DNA of 64,000 nt from Tubulanus polymorphus (taxonomy: Eukaryota; Animalia; Nemertea): positions 21,352,560-21,416,559 of the forward strand of contig NC_134027.1 in NCBI RefSeq assembly GCF_964204645.1, written 5' to 3'. Position numbers and translations under genes: made by a program. The notes beneath the pieces were generated by a model, which was not told the origin of the DNA, searched no databases, and saw only the letters and a program-made list of their open reading frames with translations. Positions 50,258 to 63,925 of the stretch are shown piece after piece (within the stretch, counting starts at the first letter, position 1; each line of letters starts with the position of its first letter).

Positions 50258-51253
50258 GATATGTACGTTATCATTCCTGGAGATGACTCTGAGGTTTGGT
50301 CGAAACGTTGGATGAATAAATTAATAGCTGTAAGGCAGTTTTTCGAACTAAATCTTCCGTTATATTAGTGCATAATTTTCTACATACCACAAAACCTATC
50401 TATATTCTGAGAATATATGTCTATACGTGGAATAGGGTTACCAGTATAGACGGGATTGAACTCATAAGTTTGTTTAAACAAATGGCCCGCTATGTACGGT
50501 TCTCGAACGCTTTGTAAATATAAGCGATTCTAAATTGAAATACTCCAGAATGAAAAAATTTGTTGTTTTAGCTGGAACTCTATGTAATTGGCAAAACATC
50601 GATTCGATTTTGTCTGGATTTTTGTTAACGTTTCCCCTATAGGCTTCACTCAACCAGCGGGACGCGGGCCATGCTACTGAACAGAAGATCAAACGAATTC
50701 AATATACGGTTTTGTGAGACTACCCTTCCCAAAAATATTATACAAGATCTGCAATTCGGTCCACTCGTAGGTTTCATTTGAATATATATGAAGTCCACTG
50801 TAGTGTGGATTTGATTTGATTCCAGATTCCACAGTTGTAGATTAACAAACTTGAATATGTATAAGTTCCACATTTGCTTCAGTTTCATGTTGACTGTGGA
50901 TACAGTTCTAACGTTGTGTGGTTTCAATTTGACGGTGAATACAGTTTCAAAATTGCACATGTTTAATTTGATTATTTAGATCCACGGTGACTGTTATTCT
51001 CTCGAAAAAGGTTGAATTCATATGATATAATTCCAGTCGAATTTTCTAATTTCACAGATCCAGTAATATTATCCTATTCGATCGAAAGAATTTTTGTCAC
51101 GTAATTTGAACATATCATACTATGAATATTTATTCTAGCGAATTTAATTTGCTTACTGGAAATTGAATTCAAACACTCGTATATGATGATATAAGCAGCC
51201 AGGTTTGCCACGTTTTTCGTCAGTCGACTCGGACGCGGGGACAGAATTTCATC

Positions 51254-53049
51254 ATGTATTTCGCTGTATTGGTTTGTGTGTTATTTGCTGGTATTTCGGA
51301 GGCAGACATCAGCGTGGAAATCGGTAAGACATTAATCTATACTAGTTTCAGCTTCGCAGACTTAGCTTTTCGTCAAGAAATAAATCAGCCGGCTCCGGGT
51401 AGGGTTATAAAGGTCGTTAGTATTATCTTCAAATCTAGAGCTGAAGCAAACCTTTGTACGGAACGATATTAGAATAATATTGTATAAGCCTCTATCCTCA
51501 TTCACCATGAGTGCGTCATTCTGGGACTCGAAATCCTCCTTTCAATTTCTGCTGATTCACTCGATGGAATAAGAATTAATGCTCGAAATCGGTATTTTTC
51601 GTTGAATATATTGGTATCATATGCATTATATGTTTTGAGATGTCTATCTACTTTCTCATGTCTTAATCAAATCATGTTTTCAAATCAATATTCAATCTTC
51701 ATTTTACATTTCCCCAACTCATTTTTCTATTCAAAATCGAAAATTTCATTTAATAAATTTTTTGGGTTATATATGTTCGATTCGAATATTTTAGTTTTTT
51801 AACACATGGTTGCTTTAAAACGAACTCGGATTTACGCTCAAATGATTTATTTTCAAAATTAGCGCCCTGGGGCTTGCTATTTTCACTGATATACTATGTA
51901 TGTTTCGGCAGCTATCGATTGGGATGCCGAAATTCACGTAATTAGCTCCTGATTAAAAACAAGGTCATTTCAATTTCAGGGGGTTGTACTGTCAAGAGGT
52001 TTCCCGAATCAAGTTTCAACAAAGGTAACAATCGTTACGAAAAGGAAGGACATTGTGAAATGTGTTACTGTGTAAACCGTACCGCAAACGTGTTCTGCAA
52101 AACGTAAGTTTTTTGTAGCTTGGAAATAAATTGAAGGCACATCCTCGACGTGATAATTCATATAATCAAGCTATTCCGCCAGAAGGCGTGTATAATAGTC
52201 GGCCTGTTCTTGTGGTTTATTCGGTTCCTATATCTTGCTTTACGTCGTTCGGATCTTGGTTTCCCATGACTAAACTATTAGATTGTGGCCAACCTCGTGT
52301 GAAGTCTGCCCGCACGCTGTCAGCAGCCAGCAGGAATCGCTTGTCACTCAGCAATGATAGCGAATGTAACCGCGTAAAACAATCCGCCAGATTTGTACTA
52401 GGTGTTTCGTAAATTAATTGATCTACTGAAAAGTTTGGGATTCGATTTAAATATACGTAATACTATAATTATGTATTAGAAATTTAAGCGCATTTAAACG
52501 AGTAACTATTTGCGAACCGGCATAGTTCTAAAGTATCTAGATTTTCCATCAGACTCGGGTTAACTTTTGAAAGGCAGGGTATGCTGACGATGAAAGGTCT
52601 AATATCTGGTCCTTATAGTTCATTTTCGTAAGGAAATGTATGAGGTGACGCTAAACATATTTTATGTGAAGTAAGGACGATCACTTTTGAAAGTGTGGAA
52701 ATGTTTAATACGTCGTGTGTTTATTGAAAATATCCCAGGCAAAGTTGCAATGTGTACGTATATGGTTTGCATTATCCGTTTTTGCAGGTGCTCCCCAGTA
52801 GGAATTGAAGTATTCCCATGTATGTACGAAATAATGTTGAAAGACAAGTGTTATTTCGGTAGCACAACCGCTCAATGGCCCGGGTGTTGTTCGAAGTCCA
52901 CAAAAATTTGCAAATCGTCTGGTGACTTCACGTCAGTGTTCAATAGTGATGCGTTCGTCGAATTCAAGAAAACGGCATTTAAAGATCCTGGGTGTAACTC
53001 TACCATAGAGGCAATAGTTAGGGCTTCGATAGCCCAACGCCTTTTCTAA
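51254..53049 (+). CDS. Secreted SVWC/La1/Vago-like protein, copy B; exons 51254-51323, 51980-52103, 52788-53049 (151 aa)
   Basis: Signal peptide; canonical GTAAG/TTTCAG and GTAAG/TTGCAG splice sites; 456-nt in-frame CDS; CEMCYC and WPGCC motifs. Confidence 0.85.
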
Positions 53050-54671
53050 ACACGTGTATTCAGTAACGATTTCGTCATATTTGAGAAATGATATCTATGA
53101 CGTTGTCGCAAATAATTCAGCATATGTTTTGACTAATTTCATCTAGCATCTTTCATCAATGATTTATTTGTTGTATACGAAGATGAGGCAAATTGAAATA
53201 AATATAAACAGTCATCAAAATATGTTTAGTTTTAATTGCTTTTTAAGTAAAAGAAAATGCACAACATGCGGGTATACGAATGCCATTATCAGTTTCCGGT
53301 CAGGAGCCCGTTTCAAGTAACGAATTTCGACATTAAAAAATTGCATATTACTATCACGTTATTGACCAATGAAAGATATGAATATCATCTAGTATAACGC
53401 ATCGAGTTTTTTCAGGCAATTTTCACCAATGTATATATAATATCATACATAACCTTAAAGCTAACTGACACTATCCTTAGCCTTTACCTAATCACTCGGC
53501 AAATATACATGCGACTTGATTTTTGGGCGCCAAATAGGACGTCACCACATACATCATATACATATTAAACGTTATAAAGCCTTGACTGCTGGCAATTTCC
53601 AAGTGGTCGATTCCTAAACGTGTAGAGCAAAGAAGAATGAATTGTCATTTCTAACGATCGCAGAATTTTATAACGAACTACTTGGGCGTGTATTGATTGA
53701 ATTCAGTTCAATATCTATCTCACGGAAAAGCTTGAAATTAGATGAAAGCTAAACAATTCCGAAAATGATATAAAACGAATATACATAATACTAGACTGGT
53801 TTCCGGTCTCTATCTTCAATTAGAGACCTGTTGTGCCCATCCTCCATTTTACATTTTCGATGCATGTCAAATAAGGTCAAACATGTAAAGTAGCAAGTTA
53901 CTTCCTGGTTAAGATGCCGTCTCTTCGAATTTGCTTAGCTTCGAGCGATATCAAAATTGTCCATTACAATGGACGGAAAGACATTAATTGCTGTAAGTAC
54001 CAGATAAATCCACTGATAATTAACCTGGTCCTCGGAACACAAACTAACAAGGATCGAAATCTAATGCGAGGTGAGCTCTGCCGCAACTGTCACTGTATAC
54101 AGAACATTCTGAAGGAACAGGGGACATCCTTTCTCTGAGATGTATTTAGTGAATTGATGTTTTAATACAGTTGACTATATTTAGTATCTGAATAAAGTTT
54201 ACTATATTGTTGAACTCCTTAGCGCATTGTGAGATCAGATATTTGGATCCACCTCAGCCTACTGATTTCCTGATACTACGGACAGCAAGTTGGGACCGTC
54301 AAATTAAGAGACTTGGTCAAGACAAGTTACTCAGATCACACTGGAAATTCGCAATATCCTCTCTCCTCATGGACCACACAATGTCAATGTTGACTTCGCT
54401 AGAAATCGATTATAAAATTCATCACGACCAATTCTTTTTCACTGAATTCAATATGTATTGTTCACTTCTGGTACAAAATCTTGTTCAGCCCCTGATAAGA
54501 GAATAAGCAATTGACAAGAGAATAAGCAATGACATTACGTATTTCATGACATAGAACAGTAGTTTTTTTTCAATGACAAATTGGGACGATCCTGATATCC
54601 CTGATTTGAATGATAGTGTCTTTAGAATCATAAAGACCATGTCTAGACCAGACAGATAATCCAATCACAAC

Positions 54672-55481
54672 ACGGGATATCGACAAATTCAAGTTCTTAA
54701 ATTACTCGTTTGATGGCGCTAGTCAGAACCGGAAATTGGAACCTAAATCCGCCATGTTCTAGTTCATTTGCAATAAAAATCTCTCGCTTCAAGTTTTAAG
54801 TTAGCGATATTTTACTTACTATACATAGGCACGCATAATCCTTTAAATATGATATCCTGAAAATGTGTAGAATTCGATAAAACCCCACTTCGAACGCTAA
54901 AGATCACTAGAAATGTAAAAAAAAACTACCAAAAATAACAAATTTAGCGATGACGCTCGAACCAGCTAACGGAAGTAATGACTGGTGCCGGGTGTCATCA
55001 CTTTGTTGGTGAGTTCAAGACTCTTAAGGTAAATTAATTGCAGGCTACATTGATAAATGTAAAATAATATTATGAAATAAAATTGATTTTAGAAAGAATA
55101 AACTCGTAGATTCATAATAGAAATATGAAAAGTACCAGCAATCAAAATTGGGTCGTCAAGTGCTGCCACCATGTGACACCTGACAACCAGTCTTTGCATC
55201 GTCAACAGTTGCAAAATGTTTTTTGATAATTTTAGGACATTTATAGTGATTTCTAGCCTTTGCAGTGAGGTTTCATCATATCCAACGTAGCGGTAGGATA
55301 TCATATTTAAAGGATTACGCGTGACAATGTATAGTAAGTAGAATATCGCTCATTGAAAAGTTGAAGCGAGAGATTTTCATCGCAAATGAACTAGAGCATG
55401 GTGGATTTAGGTTCCAATTTCCGGTTCTGACTAGCACCATCAAATGAGTAATTCAAGTACTTGAATTTGTCGATATCCCGT
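54672..55481. mobile_element. MITE with about 130-bp TIRs (related fragment at about 7880-7910)
   Basis: ACGGGATATCGACAAATTCAAG...CTCTCGCTTCAA inverted against TTGAAGCGAGAG...CTTGAATTTGTCGATATCCCGT. Confidence 0.8.
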
Positions 55482-58136
55482 ATTCAAATTGAAGGCTCGC
55501 TAGTGCAGTTATTCACAGAATCCAGCTCTTTAAACCTCATCAGTTTATCAGATCGTGAGCAGTGGAGAAATGAAGTACACAACATCTTGGCGCAGCGGCG
55601 CTTGCTGATGTAACTGATGATGACGATGAGTTTATCAGAATCAAGGAGTTTCACCGCCTGTTATTTGATATCTCATTTCATGACAGCTAGTGCTGAATCT
55701 TTATTCTCTTTGATTACTGCATGATGTTATCATTCTGAAATTAAAATACATATCACACTTATTATTAAAACTGGATTGACTTTACAATGAATGGTTCAGA
55801 ATCCATTTTTCAAACTTACCTTGATGCATTGCAATCTATTCTTTTCATGTTGAGCTAATTTGATATGCATTACTTCAATTTCTTAAAACATCCTACGAGT
55901 TGTGACTCACAAAATCATCACTAAAACGCTCACAATAATCTACAATAGATAATCAATATAGTGTTTGTGAAATAGAATATTCAATGTTCATATTTTTACG
56001 AAATAGGTGAAGTTACCTTGTTGATGTTATTATTTTCACTGGACGTATCGGCCTCACTCCGCGCGGTGGCGCCACCCCGCGGGATTTACGCGAAGCAGCA
56101 GAACACAAACAAGGCCACTCTCTCAATTTGCAATGATAGAAATCGTGTGTGCATTTCAATTATTTCGGCTGTTAGGGTTTTAAGGCACAATATAAGTTGA
56201 TGGTGTGATATGGCGATGTTAATTAATGATAATTCCGCAGTGAAGCTAGTCACGAACGGTGCCGATTGAGTGTACAGCTGCCAAAAACACTGAAATGTGC
56301 GTAGTTGCGTAACTATTTGCAGTGAATTGCAGACGAAACATGAAGCCTTAACGGCCGTTTAAAAAAAAATTATACCAATCGCAATTGTAAAATAAAAATG
56401 AGATAGAACGTAAGTTAAAATTCTCGCCATTTCTAAAATGTTATTAATTATTATTACTAATTTTTAGTCAGTGCGGAACGTTTAGTTTTCCAACAATAAT
56501 GAGGGGTGGTAGGTAGTCATGCAATTCAAGTCATCATTTATTACACGTTACTTCCGTGTTGTTGAAAATCTCGCGAGTCCTGGACTAAACCCCAATGAAC
56601 AATGTGATCTGTGTGCTGGCCACAAATGCACACAGATCACACTACGCTACCCATTACACACTCCAGTACCCACAGCTTTCATATATCCATCCAAATATTT
56701 AGTGGCTTTCTTCCTGGATCAACTGCTGAAGTCCAATGTCACATTAAGAACAATCAATCAATCGCCTCGAGTGAACAAACAAGTAGCCTCTGCTGCAAGG
56801 TTCAGTATGTCAGTAGTGGTATAGTAGTATTGTATGTATTGTTGTTTCCATCCACCAGTCAAAATTGCTGATTGACGACCGGTAGGTTTCGACGGCGCTT
56901 TCACGCAGCCATCCTGAATTGAATACCGATATTTTCGGTACCACACGCTAAACAAGTGCCTGCAGAAGCGTTACCTGGCAGTTTTAACGGAATTTCTTTC
57001 TTCATTGGTATAAAAAATGACTTCAAAGAGGTCCATGGAACGTAAATCGAGACACAGTGTAGGCGGCCATGTTACATTGTTCACGTGATGAAATACTGAA
57101 AGCTGATTGGATCCGTAAAATCCGCGGAAGATGGCGGACGGGCAAAACCTGTCCCATATTGACTGGGACAGGCAGCAGTAAACGACTAATAGACTGGTCG
57201 CCGACAACAGGTTGAATTGATTAGAAATGTTGAACGCTATAAACAATTAACAAATGTGACAGTTATAAGCAACAAATCGGTGACCGTTGAAATGAAAGGC
57301 TTGACTAACATTAGTTTCAGGACGCCAACGGTCTTCGTCGGTAACTGTGTGTAGATAGTGTTGTGGGGTTGCGAAATACCATCCAGCAAATTTAGCAAAC
57401 TATGGGATTTACGTAGTGCATATTTATATCTACGTAGATACAATAACCCAGCACACAAGCAACTTAAAAACGCTGAGTATCATTCTACAAAAGCAATCAA
57501 AACATGCAGAAATACATATCATATTATTTACAATTACTATAAGCCGCAATCGTAGTCCGTTGAACGTCTCCAAGGTCGATTTCCCGTAGCAGATCTATGA
57601 ACTGTCCGATGATGAAATGCGTTTGTATAATGCCTCTAATACCCCACTGTATTTCATTTATCGCGTTACGATCGCAGAATCGCTTCGTTTCCGAACGCCA
57701 TTATGTCCGTTCATTCACACGAATCTAAATTCGGAGTAGTGAAACCAATTTGCTGCCATGTAAAACGTAGTGTCCAAAACACGATCTTACGAAAACGCCA
57801 CACCAAATCGGATAATTCAATTAATGTAAATATGGAAAGAAACAACTACTTTCCGCACTGGAAGCTCTATAATTCATTTCAACTGAATCTGACGATATGA
57901 AGATTACATATTTCTCGAATAAGACAAACAAACAGCTATTAAATCCAGACGGGAATGATTTTTATACACAGATCGAGTTATCCGCAATATTTCAACTTGA
58001 CCCGCGGTAGCGGCCCGTATTTCATGTAATTATAACGGTTACGGAATGTAACATTCATCTTACACTTTTACTTCACCCCTGTTCACTCACCAAATATACA
58101 CGATCGCTTGGCAGCGAGAGGTGCAGGATACACCAC

Positions 58137-58230
58137 TGTTCTCCACCAATGTTGTGGGGTTGCTTTCGGTTCTCCACCAATGTTGTGGGGTTGCTTTCGG
58201 TTCTCCAACAATGTTGTGGGGTTGAGTTTC
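58137..58230. repeat. 30-bp tandem repeat, 3 copies, at the end of the unclassified repeat
   Basis: GTTCTCCACCAATGTTGTGGGGTTGCTTTCG repeated. Confidence 0.8.
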
Positions 58231-58599
58231 TCAACCAATTGATGTGGGGGCCACGTTGCGTTCTCTCCTCGTGTTGTCGTTGTTGGTTCCGATTAATCCG
58301 ATAAGTGATATCCCTCTGACTCCGGAATAATAACAACTCTTCTCGTCGGTCTACGTTTTTTTCTTTATTTTCCCGCACAATTCTTATTCCTTCCTACAGC
58401 TCGTATTTTTAGGCTTCTCCGCCACTCTAGCATCTCTCTCCCCCTTACTGTGCTGACCCTCCCTTTTTATCTTATTTCATGTTACTCGTGACGTATACTT
58501 CTACATATGTTATACGTCACGAGTTTATTACTTGTTTACTTCCTAGCCATACCAGAGCTCAAGGCTGCCGCTATAACCAGCTATAGCAACTTGTTGTTT

Positions 58600-59602
58600 T
58601 GTTTAGAAATGTATTTGTTAGTCGTGTTTGTAAAGTAATTAGTCATATGTTCTTTCTGTCTTTGTTTATGGCATGTTGTTGCTCAAATTGTCTACTCACT
58701 GTCTGTCACCTTTATTTTTCATACCTAAGTTTTTGTTACTATGCAGGAATATATAGATATAAGAGTCAGTTGAAACAGAATGAGGGACACAACACACACT
58801 TTTAGTTGGCAGTTTGTACTGAGCAGTTGTTGCGGTCGGTCGGAAGCCGACCAAGCATTTGAATAAAAGATATTTTATCAAGATGGAATTGATGACTTTG
58901 GATTTATTTTGACGAGCTAGTTCCCGAGTGCACTGAAAATTCTAGTTGTTACAGTTGGTGGAGGACCCGGGCAAGATCTGACAGGCACTGCAGGTTAACA
59001 ATCTTGTGCCTAGTTTTGGATAAGTAATGGCTGTACTTTGCAAGAATTGTGGACTCAACTGTTGGAGCCGGACATGTTGTCACGCACAGGTCGCATGCTG
59101 CAACCGTTGTTATATCATCGGACAATTTGCCCGATTTTGTTAGAATCCTGAGAAGCGAACCCGTCAAAAGTCCGTGAAGAAAATTCGAGATCTGCAGAGG
59201 CTTATGATGTTCAATCAGCGTAAACAAATTGAAAACCTCCGAATTATCAGAGAAGGTATATGCATGAATCTGGGCGAGAATCAGTGCCCAATGATAGTTA
59301 GTTCACCAATCGACGTTGGCATCTTAGACTGGGATGATGAGCATTTGTCTGTGGATATTTTACACCCGGAGCGACTAGACACATCAAAGCTACTTGAATT
59401 CGTGAGTTACCCAGTTTTTAGCGCGATTGAGCTGGATCTCAATTTCGAAAAAATCCCTAATCATGTCACTGATCAGTGCGTCTTAGTAGATAACGTGTAT
59501 TCTGCTGAGGAAATCGCAGCCGATATTTCTATTCTCGATGCGAAAATCCAAAATTTGTGTTCCATTTGCGATCGATTAAAAAGACATAACTTTTCGGAAT
59601 AA
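58600..59602 (+). mobile_element. Possible LTR plus primer-binding site and degenerate internal ORF
   Basis: AATAAA at about 58862, end ...TGTTACA at 58953, then TGGTGGAG (complement of tRNA-Ala 3' CTCCACCA), followed by a 142-aa ORF; no second LTR found. Confidence 0.4.
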
Positions 59603-62108
59603 AAGGAATAGTGTCGTGATTAATTTGATGCTTATTAAACTTTTGTATACGCTCGCGACCATCTCTAAAGTGATATTGAGATGGCAAATGTGCCAGCAGA
59701 TTAGTCAATATTTCAATGTCAAATGCCTTGTTTCACATGTATTGTGAAATACCACGTACCCCTCCGTCTGTTTTTTTTTTCATATTATATATATCTTAGA
59801 TCTCTTAAACAATTTGAGCACTTATGTCTAGTATTGTGGTTTTTGTTGATTTTGTAATTGTTTTTTATGTTCATTGTGTAATTTGTCATATATTATGTAT
59901 CATCATCTATGGAATTCTATTCCAAAAACTGCCAAGCAAAGCCCATCTTTTGATGCCTCTAAGCGTAATCTCAAAACTTAAAATTAGCCAGAAAAGGATA
60001 TATCAAAGAAACTCGATAGAATGGAAAGTATCATTCAGTCAGATGGAAATCCAGATCATCACAAAAATAGGACGTGCTGTGAATTACAAATCCAAAAAGT
60101 AAATGAAAATGTATTCTCCAGATGGTACTTTGATAATCTTTTAGAAGATGATATTTTTATGCACTTACAAAAATGGAGTAACCCGCTGTGGACGTGGTAG
60201 ACGCGGATTAACGACCTTGAAGAATGGCTAGTAGTCAACCGCCGAAACACGAAGATTTACAATATTGTTTTTCCTCAATTATGAGTATGAGGCTTTGTTT
60301 ATTCAATTTCAGTAGTACAATTTCAACAATAGTGTAACGCTTAATTTCATTTTGAGTTGATATTTATTTTGCTTTTATACACTTGAAAGTGAGTTTTGGT
60401 TTATTATTTCACCACGTCCCGTCGTGGTGCTGTTTTACTGGGAGAACAATTTAGTATAGTATAGTAGCATTTATTTGATTGTTTACGATTATAACGTTAT
60501 TGATATTACACAATATACAGTGAAAAAATGTAACAAGAAAATTTGATGATATTTGAATTGGAGAACCTACATTCAATGAAAGTGACGCTATTTCACTACG
60601 TATCATCGTCCATATCGCTACCACTTAATTCACGTGACATGAGTCTATAATCAATTTGAAATTTTTATCTAAATAGAACAATTTCGACACTCGGCCCGCT
60701 GGGCCATTAAGCCACCAAAAAGGTTACGGTTGACTGCCTTCTACAATATAGAAAGAAGTATGTTAGAATTCATATTTATGTAACGGTTTTTATCGAATTT
60801 ACTTTACACATAGAATCTATTTCCGTTTTTCAAAAATTTGATGTATATAATTTTCATATTGCCGAGTATTTTTTGACATCATCACGGATAATTTTTCAAT
60901 TTTTGGGGTTACTTTTTAAAGGTAGGGTTAGTGATTTCTAACATAATAAATAGAGAATCCCTGTATGTTATGTAAGCGGGACATTGAAAGTCATCATTCC
61001 CTCGAGTGACAAACTTCACAAATGCACCGCACTTCTTTTAGATTGATAAATCTACCGGTTTCCAGTTTAAGTGGAAGTAAACTTAAGCATATTTGATCCA
61101 AATTTGAGCGTTCAACTTCGTTTATTTCATAGAAAAGAACGTACAATATAATAATATTTACAATTAGAATTTAGAAAAGTGTTGTTTTTTTATAAAATGT
61201 ATGATTATGATGCTAGAAAAAAAAATGATGTTACGTATATAATTTTCTAAGGGCCAAGCAAAGCCTAAAGGCGGGTTTTTTGGCGTGGCCTTATAGAGTA
61301 CCTTAGAATATGATATGTGAATGAATTCAAAAAGTGTATATGGCTTTTTATGTAGCCACTTTCTTAGTATGCAATGTATTCTATTCTATACACGATAGAA
61401 CGAACACTACGTAATATGACGTGTAGATCAGTACAGCATTGGTCAGAGAGAAACTTTTCAATATACCTAATTTGCACAATAGTTGCATATATCCAAAGCT
61501 CACTCCTTGATTTGGTTTTCTTTGTAGCCCATAGGTCAGATCGAGATGGGTTCGGAAACTGAGAGAAAAATAACCAAACTAACGTGATATGTACGTTATC
61601 ATTCCTGAAGATGACTCTAAGGTTTGGTCGAAACGTTGGATGAATAAATTAATAGCTGTAAGGTAGTTTTTCGAACTAAATCTTCCGTTATATTAGTGCA
61701 TAATTTTCTACATACCACAAAACCTATCTATGTTCTGAGAATATAGGTGTATACGTGGAGTAGGGTTACCAGCATAGACGGGATTAAACTCATAAGTCTG
61801 TTTAAACATATGACACGCTACGTGTGGTTCTCGAACGCTTTGTAAATATAAGCGATTCTAAATTGAAATACTCCAGAATGAAATATGTGTTGTTTTAGCT
61901 GGAACATTATGTAATTGGCAAAACATCGATTCGATTGTGTCTGGATTTTTGTTAACGGTTCCCCTATAGGCTTCACTCAACAGCGGAACGCTTGCCGTTA
62001 TACTGAACAGAAGATCAAACGAATTCAATATACGGTTTTGTGAGACTACTCTTCCCAAAAATATCATACAAGATCTGCATGTCGGTCCACTCGTGGGTTT
62101 CATTTGAA

Positions 62109-62635
62109 CAGGGGCGGATCTAGAGCCCAATTTCTGGGGGGCACCTAATAAATGTTGCTATGATGATATTGACACCCAGCGGCGTAGGCGCGAGACGTTG
62201 CGGGGGGGTTTGGGGGTCCTCCCCCAGAAAATTTTTGAGATTTAACTCGGTTTTGGGGCGATTTGCTGCATTCTGAGGCAAGAATTCATGACAAATACTT
62301 TCCCTTTTCTGCTGCTGATAAACTAAAACAAAGGGATTAATTTTCATTTAAAGATCAAAATTATTTCTATTTATTGCCAAAATGCTCTATCACTATTAAC
62401 ATAAAATCTAAACAGGGTAATTGAGAACTGACTTGTCAATTATCCTGAACTGATACGTAAGAAGCAATTCATACCACAATCGGATGTTCCGGTGCGTGTG
62501 AACTCGACTGCCATGGCACAGCGCGGCGTTAATATTAAGCGAGTGGCGGGAGGTCGGTCGAAAAAAAACGATCTTCACTTAAAGGAGGGAGGGCCGGCCC
62601 GGGCCCCCGGGGCCACCTCCCTAGATCCGCGCCTG
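62109..62635. mobile_element. hAT-like MITE inserted in duplication unit C
   Basis: TIR CAGGGGCGGATCTAG / CTAGATCCGCGCCTG; imperfect TSD (ATTTGAA/ATTGAA); empty site at about 50775-50785. Confidence 0.75.
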
Positions 62636-63126
62636 ATTGAATATATATGAAGTTCCACTGTAGTGTGGATTTGATTTGATTCCAGATTCCACAGTTGTAA
62701 ATTAACAAACTTGAATATGCATAAGTTCCACATTTGCTTCAGTTTCATGTTGACTGTGGATACAGTTCTAACGTTGTGTGGTTTCAATTTGACGGTGAGT
62801 GCAGTTTCAAAGTTGCACATGTTTAATTTAATTATTTAGATCCACGGTAACTGTTATTCTCTCGAAAAAGGTTTAATTCATATGATATAATTCCAGTAGA
62901 ATTTTCTAATTTCACAGATCCAGTAATATTATCCTATTCGATCGACAGAATTTTTGTCACGTAATTTGAACATATCATACTATGAATATTTATTCTTGAC
63001 TAGCGAATGTAATTTGCTTACTGGAAATTGAATTCAAACACTTCAAAACTCGTATATGATGATATAAGCAGCCGGGTTTGCCACGTTTTTCGTCAGTCGA
63101 CTCGGACGCGTGGACAGAATTTCATC

Positions 63127-63925
63127 ATGTATTTCGCTGTATTGGTTTGTGTGTTATTTGCTGGTATTTCGGAGGCAGGCATCGGCGTGGAAATCGGTAA
63201 GACATTATAGCAGTTTCAGCTTCGCAGACTTCTAGCTTTTCGTCAAGAAATAAATCAGCCGGCTCCTGGTAGGGTTATAAAGGTGGTTAGTATTATCTAC
63301 AAATCTAGAGCTGAAGCAAACCTTTGTACGGAACGATATTAGAATAATATTGTATAAGCCTCTACCCTCATTCACCATGAGTGCGTCATTCTGGGACTCG
63401 AAATCCTCCTTTTAATTTCTGCTGATTCACTCGATGGAATAAGAATTAATGCTCGAAATCGGTATTTTTCGTTGAATATATTGGTATCATATGTTTTGAG
63501 ATGTCTGCTTTCTCATGTCTTAATCAAATCATGTTTTCAAATCAATATTCAATCTTCATTTTACATTTCGCCAACTCATTTTTCTATTCAAAATTGAAAA
63601 TTTCAGTTAATACATTTTTTAGTTTTTTTATCACATGGTTGCTTTAAAACGAACTCGGATTTACGCTCGAGATTTATTTTCAAAATTAGCGCCCTGGGCC
63701 TTGCTATTTTCACTGATATACTATGTTTCGGCAGCTATTGATTGGGATGCCGAAATTCACGTAATTAGCTCCTGATTAAAACATGGTCATTTTGATTTCA
63801 GGGGGTTGTACTGTCGAGAGGTTTCCCGAATCAAGTTTCAACAAAGCTAACAATCGTTACGAAAAGGAAGGAGATTGTGAAATGTGTTACTGTGCAAACC
63901 GTGCCGCAAACGTAACCTGCAAAAC
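63127..63925 (+). CDS. SVWC-like gene copy C, exons 1-2 (63127-63196, 63802-63925); exon 3 lies beyond the window
   Basis: Same exon lengths (70, 124 nt) and splice sites as copies A and B. Confidence 0.8.

Larger units (their letters stand above)
46900..53460 (+). repeat. Segmental duplication unit B carrying the SVWC gene (paralogous to about 59980-64000 and about 10600-16190)
   Basis: Long non-coding identity, e.g. 46920-48500 with 59995-61590 and 50260-52180 with 61590-64000. Confidence 0.88.

Noticed and set aside
56700-57460. Possible degenerate coding exon on the minus strand
   Set aside because: Hydrophobic fragments in different frames with no recognisable family
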